Part shown: positions 45,731 to 57,613 of the stretch, piece by piece | How the letters are laid out: each line of letters starts with the position of its first letter | Numbering within the stretch: the stretch's first letter is position 1 | Assembly: GCA_010015805.1 (NCBI GenBank) | Contig: ML978121.1 | Location: 1,364,001 to 1,428,000, forward strand | Length of the DNA stretch: 64,000 nucleotides | Direction: 5' to 3' | From: Rhizodiscina lignyota | Lineage: Eukaryota | The notes under the pieces: generated by a model | Told to the model about the DNA's origin: nothing | Databases searched by the model: none | The model's input: the letters and a program-made list of their open reading frames with translations, nothing else | Made by a program: the position numbers and the translations under genes

Positions 45731-47627
45731 TGAAACGTTTTGACGACAGCTTTTCGGTTAGAGACAATTGGAGTGCAGCTCCCACGCCGCTCCTAAGAGG
45801 TTTCCGCTGCTGACAGAGTGGTAGCCGGTCCAGCCGTCTGAAGCAGCAGAATGTATCAATACCGTCCTGCGGCAAAATCGTATTCCGGAAGAGAGCGAGA
45901 AAGAGTCAAGATTCACATCGAATTCCCAGATTTGGAGTTCAGGAGTTGTCTGCGCTTCTGGGCCCGCCTCAAGAGAGCATTACTAAGGAGGACGCTGAAA
46001 GGGCTGGCGACCATGTTATGGCAGTGATTGGTGTGAGTGCATTCTTTGTCTGATGGGATGAGGAATTCAAGTTCGCAACTCGTCGAATCGGCGGTAACAC
46101 CTTGATACGATATGGGCACAGTGATTGCGTAGAAGTAGTGACAAATACTGAAAGAAGATGAGAGGGGTTGTTGCTGGATATTACGGCTTCGCTGGCATTC
46201 GCCCGAGCGAACAACTGAAGATGGCAAGACGCAACTTGTACACCGTTGTAAAACGGTGCAGGGAGATGATAGAAAGGTGCTTGGTCTCCGCTACTTCTCT
46301 ACACCTCGAGATCTTGTAGTTGCCAGATCTTGGCTCTGCTCACCTGCAGCAGGACCACGTGCTGAGACATGATCAGGCTTGGGGCTAGACTCTTGGAGAG
46401 TATATGATAGATCCCTGGAAGATATGGGACGGTCCGAGCTCCTAGTGAGCATCAACGATTTCAGTTTCGATCTGAAAAAGCGTGCGGCAGCCATGAGTGC
46501 CAAGGGCGGGATATTACGAGAGGATAACGTCCGTAAAAGCCCCCAAGTCAACCGAGATCTGTCTAAAAATCTACGAACCCGACGACAAGAATCGGAGAAA
46601 ATCTTGCGGAGGTTGCAAAGTATGCGGAGTTAGTCCCTTGGCATCATGCTTGGTTTACCTGCCAAGAAGCCAAGGTTTGATGTGAATGGCAGGACGCTAG
46701 CGAGGGTTGATTTTAAAGGATGGCTTCTGAATGTGAGAGTCCTGTGCACAATACGGGGCGAGACAGTATGAGATAGTCCATTTCGAGGGGATAGAAAATC
46801 TTAATAATGCAATGGAAACAATTTTACAAGCGTGATCTTCACCCGAGACAGTAAGACCTGAGAAGATGCAGAGAAATCAAGATGCTACGCAGTAATGAGT
46901 CAAGGACGGTCAACGAAAATTGATCGTGCTCTTAGAAGAATAGAGAAGCAGGCCAAGTCCAGCTAGCCCCTGGGAGATCGTGTGAGAGACTATCCTACTG
47001 ACCTTTATCGTAGTAGTTCGTATGTCTACTGTGAATTCACAATCATGATTTCTATCAAGATCCTCATGAGAAACTCCATTCGAGATTGTGCTTGTTCGTG
47101 TACTGCTTCTTCATGGTTAGTCAGCTATCCTGGGGGGTGAATAGTCGCTTATTGTGAGGCAGGCTCGACCGTTAGTATTAGGTCGAACTCGGCGTACTCA
47201 TAGACGAACACCTGCCCCTGAAGCTTCCTTATAGTGTCAATCAGACGTTGTACCGGGAACTTGATGATATGATCAAATGATTTTGCTGATTTCGCTGACC
47301 TTTCTGGGCTGGAGGACGTTGAGCGCACATTTGTCTACGTCGGCTATGACGCGGAACACGACGTTGTTGAAGAATAGAGATCGATTCACAACAAAGAGAA
47401 GGGAACGCAAGTCTTCAAGGCACATTCCCAAGGGCGGGAGAAAGACTCTTTCCGCCAGCTGATCGAGTTGTTTCGGCCTTTGTCTTGCATTCTCGAAGGC
47501 AAGGAGACGCTTTCCGTTGCGCCGGTCAGAGTATGGACCAGCGCCAATAGCAGGAACCATCTCGATCCTTGATCTTGAAATGAATACGGTCCATATGTAG
47601 AGCCGCAAGACATCGTTTCCATCCGCA

Positions 47628-48308
47628 TCAGTAGTCTTGGATCCCTGTCTCGCCTCGAACGGCCCTACCATTCTCGACGGCCCAGCTAGGTTCCTCTCTG
47701 GCGAAGTACGCGTCTTGCCTGTCCCTCTCTTCTTGCAACCTGTCGTCCCACTCTTCATTGTCATCAACGCTAGGGTAATCGAAGTCGTGATCATCCCCTC
47801 GTACGAACCTCAGCTCCATCTCCCACTTCCACCTTGCCATACCCTCCTCTTTCGTTTGCGGGATTTCGTCGTTCTCCTCCGTAAGTATTTCTCCGTTCGG
47901 GCCGCGACGGTATTGGAAGATTGAGTTAGGATCAGGATGCGCGAGTGCGTCAAGCTTGGCTTCGGAACGCATGAGGTCTGCTTCGAGGATTCCTGTGTAT
48001 CCTTTCGCCCGTCCTTCTGCTTCGCGCTCGGCGGCAGTTTGGAACCTTCTAACCAGTCGATCGTAAAGGAGTGGATCTATGCAAGCAACCAGTAAATCCG
48101 TTATCATTAGTTACGCGTCAAGCTTTGTCTATGTACCTGCTAGCTCGAGGGAAGGTCCGAAATACTCGGGGTGTCTATCGAGGTATAGCTTCCTTCGATT
48201 CCTGACGCGGATCTTCCTCGCCCACTCGGGAGAGCCACGAGCAGGAGGTTGCGGTTCATCTATGTCCATGGTATCGAGCTGCCTCGGCTGGGTGGGGAAG
48301 AGCGGCAT
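47628..48308 (-). CDS. CCDC97-like protein; exons 48308-48137, 48076-47628
   Basis: IRVRNRRKLYL..HPEYF, DPLLYDRLVRRFQ, RFVRGDDHDFDYPSVDDNEEWDD...DAYF. Confidence 0.8.
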
Positions 48309-49024
48309 TTTGCTGTGGAGGCAGGAATTATGGGAGACTCTGACTGAGGCGATTCTTAATGACGAAAGGGTCTTGGCGAGGTGGACTTAGTAATCTTATC
48401 TGATCTACCCTATCCTCAGACAGTTCGCATTTCTCACTCTTCATACCCACTTTCGCTCTTCTTGCTTGAGACTATGAGCGGGGCTTTATCCTGCCGTTTG
48501 GACGCACAGCTTATAATTCGCGTTACACAGACGAATAGAGCGAAGCGCCGCCTGAACTCGCAGCACAGCGCAGTTGCATCGAACATGTGCTGCACGAGTG
48601 AAGCCGCTCCTTTGGAATCCTCGATCCAAGAATGCCACCTCATTTGACCGCTTGTAATTTCCCATCTATCTATTACGGATACATTATTGTCTCGGGCGCA
48701 CAGAAACGATCCATCGGGAAAGCCATAAAGCGCCGGGTCGTCAACACTACACGAAGCCGTTGAGTTTGGGGGCCGGTCAAAAATCCTTCCACAATGACAG
48801 GGCTTGGAGCTCCAAGCAGGAGTCGGCATCGCATTTGTGCCAGATGCAGGGGAGCTCGGTGCATTTCAGATCTTAAGGCTCAAGCTAGGTCGCTACAGTT
48901 ATTAGGATCTCCCAATCTCCCGCCGGATTTGCTTTTCTTTTCTTTCACTTGTTGGTGGGACGTCCTCCATTTTCTTCATTCTGTTCTTCACTGTCGTTGA
49001 AGCGGTCACCCCATTCGATTTAAG

Positions 49025-50034
49025 ATGCGTTTGTTTGCCTCCATCCTTGCTTTATGTCTTGCCAAAGTTTGGGCTGCTTGCTACTTCCCAAATGGCGATC
49101 CTTCGCCCGCTGATGTTGCGTGTGATGCCGATGCAGTGGACTCATTTTGTTGTTTCCATGATCAGGCCTGCCTCTCGAACAAGCTATGTCTGGTCAACCC
49201 GACGGAAAGCGACCATACACAATACGTCTACGCCCGTGGAACATGCACAGATGCGAATTGGGCATCAGATGCGTGTCCTAGTTTTTGCTTAGGTGCGTTT
49301 CGCTGCCGGGTCTTCTCATCCACTGGCGAAGCTGATTGTGTTCTATAGACACCGTTACTGGCACGGGAAATCCAGTCTTCTCGTGTAACAGCACATCAAA
49401 CCACGACTTCTGCTGCAATAATGGCTGCTCGTGCGGTAATGGAAACGAAGTGTTGTCCGCAAGCTCCGCTCCTTACACCATCACCCTAATCGACGAGCCG
49501 TTCACCAACACGCACACCGTGACCGCATCATCCGGTAGTAGCGCATCATCTAGTGGTAGCACATCATCTGGCACGGCATCATCATCTGGCACAACATCAT
49601 CATCAAGCAGCAGAACGACTTCATCGTCGACCTCGAGCAGCAGCTCCAGCAACGGTGTGGCTATAGGAGTAGGTGTTGGAGTGGGCGTCGGTGGCGCCAT
49701 TTTGATCGTAGCTGCTGTATTCTGGTTTCTAACTTGGCGAAGGCGTCGTCAACGGAAAACGAAAGAAGCTCAACTCACAGCAGGAGCAGCAGCAGCAGCA
49801 GCACCGCCCTTCCAGCAACAGCAACATCCTCAATACCAAGGTCAGCATCGTCAAATGTCGGAAGCCTCCCAACCGCCGGGATATGGCCCCTACTCGGCGG
49901 TGTCGCCGCATTCGCAGGCGCCGGTCTGGGCGTTTAAGCAACAGCCAGACATGTCACAGCCTCCACCAGTACAAGAGATGGAAGCACACCAGGTTAATGA
50001 GTTACCGGCTGGGGAAGTTGCGCAGCAGAAGTAG
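49025..50034 (+). CDS. Mid2-like type I membrane protein with Cys-rich ectodomain; exons 49025-49292, 49349-50034
   Basis: Signal peptide; CYFPNG...CC...CLSNKLC...RGTCTDANWASDACPSFC; Ser-rich stalk; TM VAIGVGVGVGVGGAILIVAAVFWFL followed by RRRRQRK. Confidence 0.85.
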
Positions 50035-50371
50035 ATGTATGTACAAATATTGTCTCGTGTACAAGTAATGGCAGATACGCATTATCTCCTCTTTCCTCGC
50101 TTCAAGTAACAATCTAAAGAGGATAGCGCAGCCAGTCGCATTGCGGAACGTCGACGAAAGGTGTGCTTACAGTCGGCCAATCCATTCGCCTGAAAGCTAT
50201 CTAGCAGCTCCTTCCGACTATAGGCAACTCGGCTATAATGAGCTTTCGCCCCTTCTTCTTTGATGTTAACGTTAATAGCTTGAAAGTGAGGAGGACGCTG
50301 CAGCTGTACTGGAACAGGATCATCAAATCAGCTATGAAGACCTCTGCCAGATCCCAAGATGCACCGAGGCA

Positions 50372-51517
50372 ATGCTCACCGGATGGGGTTGCTACTGGCA
50401 CGGCATTCGGCGCGAGTCCAGTGACAGTAGCTATGTCGGGTCTTTTATGTCCAAGGTCAAGGGTATGTGCTCCCGTGCCCAAATCTACCAGAGCGTTCTT
50501 AATGGCACATGCCATCTAAAGCCTACCGCACATACTCTGGCTCTCCAGTCTCCACTTCTTGAGACATCATTCCGGGTCCTGGCTGTCTTCTCTCATGACA
50601 CTCACGGCGGCCTGGTGCGCATCCTGGAGACTGTTTTGATGATCTATCTTGATACAGTCGCACCACAAAAGACATTTCATCGGTTCAAGACTCGGGAAGC
50701 TCAGGAAGCGTACCAGCAGACCGTCAAGATGGTAAATATTGCACCGCGGCCCTGGTCTCCTCTCAATTCTGGTTGGCCCTTGGCCCTTGGCATCTCAAGC
50801 AACTCTTCAAACCAACAGCGCCGTCGTTGTATGAACAAGGATTGCAACGCAGGCCAATTCCTAGTTAATGGTAGGCGCACTGTCTGGGACACCGACTCTG
50901 GGAAAATCTGGGGAATCGGTACCTACCGCTGCCACGCCTGCTACACGTACTTCTGCCAGCACAAGACAGAGCGCTCTGCTGCGCTTGTTCAGAGCCTGAA
51001 CGAGCAACGAGCCAAGTGGGGTGGATACTCGACTGTCTGGCCAACCAGGCTCCCTCTCGCCGAGGCCACATGCTCCAATCCTGATTGCGATGGAAAGCCT
51101 GGTGAAGAGGTGTTCTTTGTTTTAGACAAGGATGGCCAGTATCGATGTGAGCATTGTGCTTGTTGCAATCAATACTGCACAAAGTGGTGGCTATCAGAGG
51201 CAGCACTCCACGGCAACATCACTCCATTCCGGTACAGCGACGAACACGACATCCGATATGCCACATGTGCATTCGATTGGGTTCAATATGGCGAGGATCG
51301 TCTGCCTGATTCTGTGTACCGGCAATTGGATCCACGCGAGAAGGCCTGCAGCAACGTTGATTGCTCCTCCGACTGGCGCGAGAAGCTACAACGTGGCAAA
51401 TATGTGTCGTTCCCACGCGGCCTCGATAACCAGTGTCGATGTGTAACTTGCCATTACTACTTGCTCCAACGCGGACCTGATTGGCCACAGGGTCTCTGGA
51501 AGCGGCGCCTCACTTGA
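50372..51517 (+). CDS. Cys-rich protein with GIY-YIG-like N-terminus and several degenerate GATA-like zinc fingers (possibly damaged at the 5' end)
   Basis: GCY-x11-YVGS; CMNKDC...CHACYTY...ER; CSNPDC...CEHC; CSNVDC...CVTCHYY. Confidence 0.55.
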   Translation: MLTGWGCYWHGIRRESSDSSYVGSFMSKVKGMCSRAQIYQSVLNGTCHLKPTAHTLALQSPLLETSFRVLAVFSHDTHGGLVRILETVLMIYLDTVAPQKTFHRFKTREAQEAYQQTVKMVNIAPRPWSPLNSGWPLALGISSNSSNQQRRRCMNKDCNAGQFLVNGRRTVWDTDSGKIWGIGTYRCHACYTYFCQHKTERSAALVQSLNEQRAKWGGYSTVWPTRLPLAEATCSNPDCDGKPGEEVFFVLDKDGQYRCEHCACCNQYCTKWWLSEAALHGNITPFRYSDEHDIRYATCAFDWVQYGEDRLPDSVYRQLDPREKACSNVDCSSDWREKLQRGKYVSFPRGLDNQCRCVTCHYYLLQRGPDWPQGLWKRRLT

Positions 51518-51719
51518 AATCTGGGGGCCGGACGGGATGGCGGCTGAAATGGACGGACCTCCACACTTACCCAAATCGACTGACATAAAAATGAAGGAAC
51601 TGGGAGAGCAGAGAGCTTGCGTTCCTGATACACATGCTGAATGAATTCTCGATATATGAGACTACCACTTTTCTTGCATTATTTCGCAATAGATTTTATA
51701 ATCTACATAAACGAATGCT

Positions 51720-54700
51720 TCAGGCCGACGTCGATGGCGGCTGCAGGTGAACTGGGACAGTGAATGAGTAATGAGGTGCCTGTGGTGGCAGCTTGTCCAC
51801 AGCCAATTCCTTTCCTGTGAGCGAAAACTTGAACGTCAATTTGGCGTCGGTATCCAGAGTCAGTTCATAGTCTCCTGGATAAATAACCAAGTCGCCGTCC
51901 TCGTTTGCTCGTGCGAGCGCTCCCAGTGCAAGCTGTATCGTCAATTTCTGACTGCCATGAACTGGAATATCCTTCGCTCTCGCATATCCAACAAGAGACT
52001 TGTTCGGATAAGGCTTCGGCCCGGCGTTCTTAGTTGAGATGAAGATCAGCCCAACGTAGTCGCTGGCCATATTCGCCTTTCCACCAGTGTTCTTGACATC
52101 AACAGAAACGCTGATCCAAGGGGAGGCGTCGTTGTATGAGCCATATCCTTTGACCAGACTTTCAATGTCGTAGGATTTCTTTGGCCCCGAAGCCCAAGAA
52201 AAGGCAAAATTTGTGTAGTGAAGGCCGTATCCAAAGGGGAAGATCGGCTTGCCGTCGTACCACCTGGGTTACTTGTTAGCGTATAATCATTTAGTTTATT
52301 GAATAATTCGCGCTCACTTGTAGGTCCGGCCAGGGTACGACCCATTAGGCCTCATGTGAAGGTCGAAAATACTGGTCTCGTCTGCGTAGCTTGCTGGATA
52401 CTGCGTAACTGGCAGTCGGCCGGCCACGGACTTGGCACCAGTCAGGACATCCAAGAGTGCATACCCTCCATCCTGTCCTGGATAACCGGCCCACAAAAGC
52501 GCGTTGACGTTCTTGTTAGACAACAGTGATGTATCGTCAATCTGACCGGCGCCAAATTGTACGACAGCCAACGGCTTGCCGGTCTTCGATAATTCTGAAA
52601 TCAACGATAATTGGAACTCTGGCCACACGATCGAGGGCCGGTCTAAATTAGGACGCCCATCAGTATTTGGTTCGTCTCTGCACAGTAAAGTACTCACCCA
52701 AACCTTCTGCTTCGATTGACGTGTCAATGCCACCCAGATACACGATGAGATCAGCAGATTTAGCAGCGGATAACGCATTGGAGAAGCCAGTCGTATTGCT
52801 AGCATTGATCGCCGTACCCAGTTCATACGTTACGCTGTCAAATTTGCTTTGGAATGCTTCGAGTGGGCTCTTCAAATACGGGGCAGTCCCTTGATAGTTG
52901 CCTTGCATCTGAGTCGTTGCATTAGCCCAAGGCCCGATCAGCGCGACTTTCTTGTAGCTCTTCTTCAGAGGAAGTAGGCCATCGTTCTTCAGGAGTGTCA
53001 TTCCTTCAACAGCAGCCTCATAGGCAAGGGTCTGAGCAGATCCAATGCTCACATCGTCCCAGTTGAGAGCGTCGTAGGGCGATTCGCCGTCGAATGCACC
53101 AATCGTAAAAAGAGCGTTATATAGTCTGGTTAATGATCGATCGAGTGTCTCCACTGTCGTCCAGTTGTTGGCGATAGATTCGTTCAATGTGATATAGGTA
53201 GTGCCACAGTCGAGGTCGGTACCCGCGTTGAGAGCTACCTAGGCGTGGAGCAGGTTAGCATGTTCGGGAATTCATTTTTGCATAACAGGATCTCTTACTG
53301 CCGATGCAGCCGCGTAGCTGTCGGTAAAATTATGCCCCTAAACGCCTTTGTGAGTGGAGTTCGATTTCGTTTGCATTACAGAATCTCTTACGTCGTATAT
53401 ATTCCCGATGGCGTCGCAGTCGCTTGTGACATAATTAAAGTCGTGTGTAAAGCTCGAGCCCCAGTGCTCGCGCAGCACAGTTTGAAGGAGATACTCGCTT
53501 GCGCAAGAGGGAATGCCTTGATGAGGCCGCATTGTCAGAGTTCATTACTTTCATGTCGCGCACGAGGGTATATACCATCTACCGCATTGTAAGAGCACAT
53601 GATGCTGCCCACTTTTGCGTCGCGCACGCACGCTTTGAATGGCTGCAAAAAGTACTCCCCGAGATCCTGCTGCGTCGGATTGTAGTCGTTACCATTTCGG
53701 CCCTGCTCGATATCGTATGCAGCATAGTGTTTGCAAGTTGCAATCACCTGCTTGTGATTGACGTCACCAAGGCTAGAGGCCCCCCACTGAAGACCTGGGA
53801 TGAGCTGGTAGATGTACCGCTGGATGTGGAAGGCATCTTCTCCCGGAGTTTCGAGCCCACGTCCCCAGCGGGGATCTCGGAACGGATTGATATTCGGTGT
53901 CCAGAAATCAAATCCAGCAAAGCCGTAGTTTCCGAACGCTCGAGCCTCCTTTCCGACAACGCTAGCAACCTTGTTGATTAACAAGTCATCGAACGCAGCG
54001 CTCATTAGAATAGGCATGGGAAAACTAGTCGCGTATGAGAAGTCGCTACCGTTAGGAGTATTGAAGGTGACGCCTGGGCTACTGGCTACTCCGTGCAGGG
54101 CCTCACTCCCTGAGAAAAGGAGTAGTCAGCAAGATATGGGAGTGAGAAAAGGAAACGCAGGCGTAGCTTACACCACTCGTATGGCGGAAGACCAAGTCGA
54201 AGAACGCCGGATGCCGAATCGACAGTATTGGCAATCTTCTCTGTCAGTGTCATTTGTGACAACAGAGCTGCAATTCGTTCGCTAATGCTGAGAGACTTGT
54301 CACACGCTTTGTTGCCGCATAATGGATTGGTATAGCAGTAAGGAGTAAACGAATTCTTTACGACGTTGGGCTCCGGGTTCGAGATCTCATACCTGATAAA
54401 ATTATTAGCAAGAGCTCACCAAACTGCATGCTTGTCGTACAGATCCATGAACCAGGTACCTCCACAGGGTGCCGATGGATCAGCAGGGCAGTTCATATTG
54501 CAGGAGCTGTTATCCGCCTTCGTTCCGGTGGGATTGATGGCATCGCCACAGAAGCATTGTCTACATTGTTTAGCATCTTCTTACTCTTGCCAAGTGTGAG
54601 GGATTGCTTACGTGCCATACTCGGCGCCAGCATACTTGTATCCAAGAATGCCACAAGAATCAGCACAATACTGAGGGGTGTTTAGGGCTCCGGGGTTTAT

Positions 54701-54895
54701 TTGCTTTCCTGAGAGTGTCCGAGTAGTGTTGTCCGAATAGCAGCCAAGAGAAGTTATCTTAGCAGAATATGTAGTGTTTGAACCGCCTCCCGTAGAGGTA
54801 CATGTGAAATTGGTAGGAGTTACACTCTGAACTTGAGGAAAGAGATGCAACAGAACAATCGCACAGGACGCGAGAGAGGTCAATGCTTGCAACAT
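51720..54895 (-). CDS. Secreted GH3 beta-xylosidase with N-terminal WSC domain, at least 8 introns
   Basis: Signal peptide; LGCYSD...CADSC...YAGAEYGTQCFCG (WSC); WSEALHGVA, WTPNINPFRDPRWGRGLETPGED, CKHYAAYD, YVTSDCDA nucleophile motif, Fn3-like C-terminus. Confidence 0.92.
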
Positions 54896-55557
54896 CTTTA
54901 CAACGAAATGAGCAGAGACTCTAAGAAATTTGTCACGATTGCTCAATACGGCTGGAGGAAACGTTCACGACATGCTATAAAAATACTGCATCTTGTACCT
55001 CAACCTCACCAGAGGTACGAATACAACCCCGCCGGGTAAAGGGCGAAGAACCATTGTCGAGGGGATTGTATACGAGGCGGACACTGCGGAGAACGTTAAA
55101 TATTGCATATATTTTAATGCCCAAATATCGGTTCGGTCGATCTTCATCTGGGAAAGGATCCTGTGAGGTGAAGTGGGAAAAGGTCGCGGGGCTTGGAGGT
55201 TTAGTACCCGAGGCGGAGAGGTGAAGAGCCTCCAATAAGAGCGACAACGTTCCTGACGAACCGAAATAAAGTTAGCATAGCATTCTTATGGTTGTTCTGA
55301 TGAACGGTTCATGCAGTAGCGTAAAGGGGTGAATTTATCCAGCCGTTGATCAGCAGGAGATCTTTCTCTATACAGCGGTTTGCATTTCTCCGGATCTGCA
55401 TTGCTCCCTTTTGATGCTACTTCGAGCGGACTTCGACACCTGAGAAGAAGAGGACAATACGCATAATGCAATCAGAAATCCTAGTTACCCCAGAAAAGAC
55501 ATAGATGCGTGCATAGACACGTGCTATAGAGGAAGACGTACTGGCCAATAGCGTTGC

Positions 55558-56823
55558 TCAGCCGATCCAGCCGTACCCTCCAATCCTCTGTAGCCGCAAA
55601 CCTTCCCATTCTTTCCGAACCTCCTCGTTTGAGGGGAGATAGGCTAAAGCCGTCTTCATAAGTCTCCTCGCCTCATCCCGGTCACCTAGCATTCGCAGTG
55701 CTTTTGCAGTCCGGAAATATAGCAAACCGACAGCATCTGCCCCTGGGAATCCCAGCATTGGCTCGTCTTCAGCTTCACCATCATCATCTCCATTGGCTTC
55801 ACGCATCAGGTTGATGCTGCGCATTCCCCAAAATTTCGCTGTGTCCCAGTCCTCAAGGCCAAGGTAGCAGTCGACAACCGCGGCAACAAGCTGCACGCGC
55901 AAGACCAAGCGCACGAGGTGGCCCTGTTGGCCGTCGTACCTGCCACTCTCAAGTGTTTTGACAAACCAGGCATCGCCATAGATGTTCCTCCTGCGTCCTT
56001 TGCAAGGGATGTGCATTTCTGCGAAGGCTTGTTCGTAAAGATCAATCGCGCGTGAATAATCCTTCTTTTGCAATGCCGAGTCTCCCGCTTCCTTCTTCTT
56101 CGTCGTTTGTTCTAGACAGTCCTCGGCAGAGGCTAGTGGGACGTCCATCTCGGCCTGCAGTTCCTTGAATATGCTCTGATCGTACAAGCCATCGGCATTA
56201 GCGTCCTGAAGCCCCTTGACACGGCCAAATGGCATCATAATCTCTCTTTGCGACTGTTTTGGCATAGACCTACTCTTCTGCTGACCCGTCTCTTTGTCAA
56301 CTGTTGGAAATGGATCTCGAAAGATGAGCGATAGTCGCAGATGGCCGTTCAAGCCTGGATGGGATAGGTCGGAGTAGAACCACATTCTGGCAAATCCATC
56401 CAAATCCTGAGCATGTATGATAAATTTACAAAAGGTCGTGTCGTCGACGAGGGCAAGGTCCGGAGCGTTGATTACAATATCCACACTCCAAATCTTGAAA
56501 GCCAAAGCCTTCTCTTCCCGCTTCAGTATTGGAACACGACCCTCATGCTCAATGTGATGCTGTGCTTCGGGCCATGGAGTCCTGACTCGCACAAAACGAT
56601 TCAGCTTGTGGAATATTGGTTTCGACTCGGAGGCAACGACGCGGCAGGTACGCTGAAGGGCAGCAAAGGTCGAGAAATCGTAGCCGAAGTAGCCCTCTTG
56701 GTCAGCTAAGGGGTAGTAGAAGCTCGACGGCTCGAATACATGCTCGTAGATTAGGTCTCGCAGTTCGGAAGGCAGCGCAAGGAACCTAGAGGCCTGGACA
56801 CCGTTGATAGCGCCAGTAGCCAT
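55558..56823 (-). CDS. Conserved hypothetical protein with F-box-like N-terminus and TPR-like C-terminus, 421 aa
   Basis: FLALPSELRDLIYEH; KKEAGDSALQKKDYSRAIDLYEQA; LYFRTAKALRMLGDRDEARRLMKTALAYLP. Confidence 0.75.
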   Translation of the reverse strand: MATGAINGVQASRFLALPSELRDLIYEHVFEPSSFYYPLADQEGYFGYDFSTFAALQRTCRVVASESKPIFHKLNRFVRVRTPWPEAQHHIEHEGRVPILKREEKALAFKIWSVDIVINAPDLALVDDTTFCKFIIHAQDLDGFARMWFYSDLSHPGLNGHLRLSLIFRDPFPTVDKETGQQKSRSMPKQSQREIMMPFGRVKGLQDANADGLYDQSIFKELQAEMDVPLASAEDCLEQTTKKKEAGDSALQKKDYSRAIDLYEQAFAEMHIPCKGRRRNIYGDAWFVKTLESGRYDGQQGHLVRLVLRVQLVAAVVDCYLGLEDWDTAKFWGMRSINLMREANGDDDGEAEDEPMLGFPGADAVGLLYFRTAKALRMLGDRDEARRLMKTALAYLPSNEEVRKEWEGLRLQRIGGYGWIG

Positions 56824-57613
56824 TTTGAAGGCTGGCCGATATTCGATTTCAAGGTCAGCTTGTGGATGCGTCAGGTCAGCTGAGAGAGCACGACCAGCAG
56901 AAAATTGCTCAGTATTGTAATGAAAAGAAGTGAAGTGGGAGTCGTGTCCGATGATGAGGAAAGAGATCCCTTGCTGCCTACTATCGTATTTTCACGAGCC
57001 GTCGGAGGTGAGGAGCCAACCGAAGAAGCCTTGGAGTGTCCCAGGGCTTTGCCCGAAAAGGAAAGGCGGGACTTCCTTAAAACAGTTTTTACCGCGCTGT
57101 TGTTTGATCTTCGGGCGATTTGAATACCATGTTAAGACAGGAAACCCAATTAATGTCCTTCGCCAGATACAACAATGTGCAAGAGTGGTCGGTTTGGAAC
57201 AGCAGTTGTGCGCCAGAGTTGGTCGATAGCGAGAATTGATGCGACGTCGTATTAGGGCTTGAGGTGACAAACACGCTGGGTGTTATTTTCAAGACACTGA
57301 ACATTAACATGTTTGTAAAGCCTCAGAAAGTGTCTGAATTTTCAACAGTCTGCCACTGTTATATACACACTAAAGAAGGTAGAACTCAACATTCAGGGAT
57401 AGTCTCGCTTATTTTGAAGTGCGAGAACCACTCGACCTGTTACAGTTTGCCCGATGGCAATCTATTTCGTCACCTTGAGGAATACTCTACTATTGATGTC
57501 GATCTCGAGCTGGGCCCAGATGGGTCTGCATCTTTTAGAATTCCGTGACGACCTGCGCTTTAAATCAAAAGGGTATATGTAAAGAATCACATCAAAATAA
57601 TAGGCCTTCAGTT

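Noticed and set aside
46291..46685. Short ORFs in the gap between the ZIP and CCDC97-like genes
   Set aside because: No recognisable domain or gene structure
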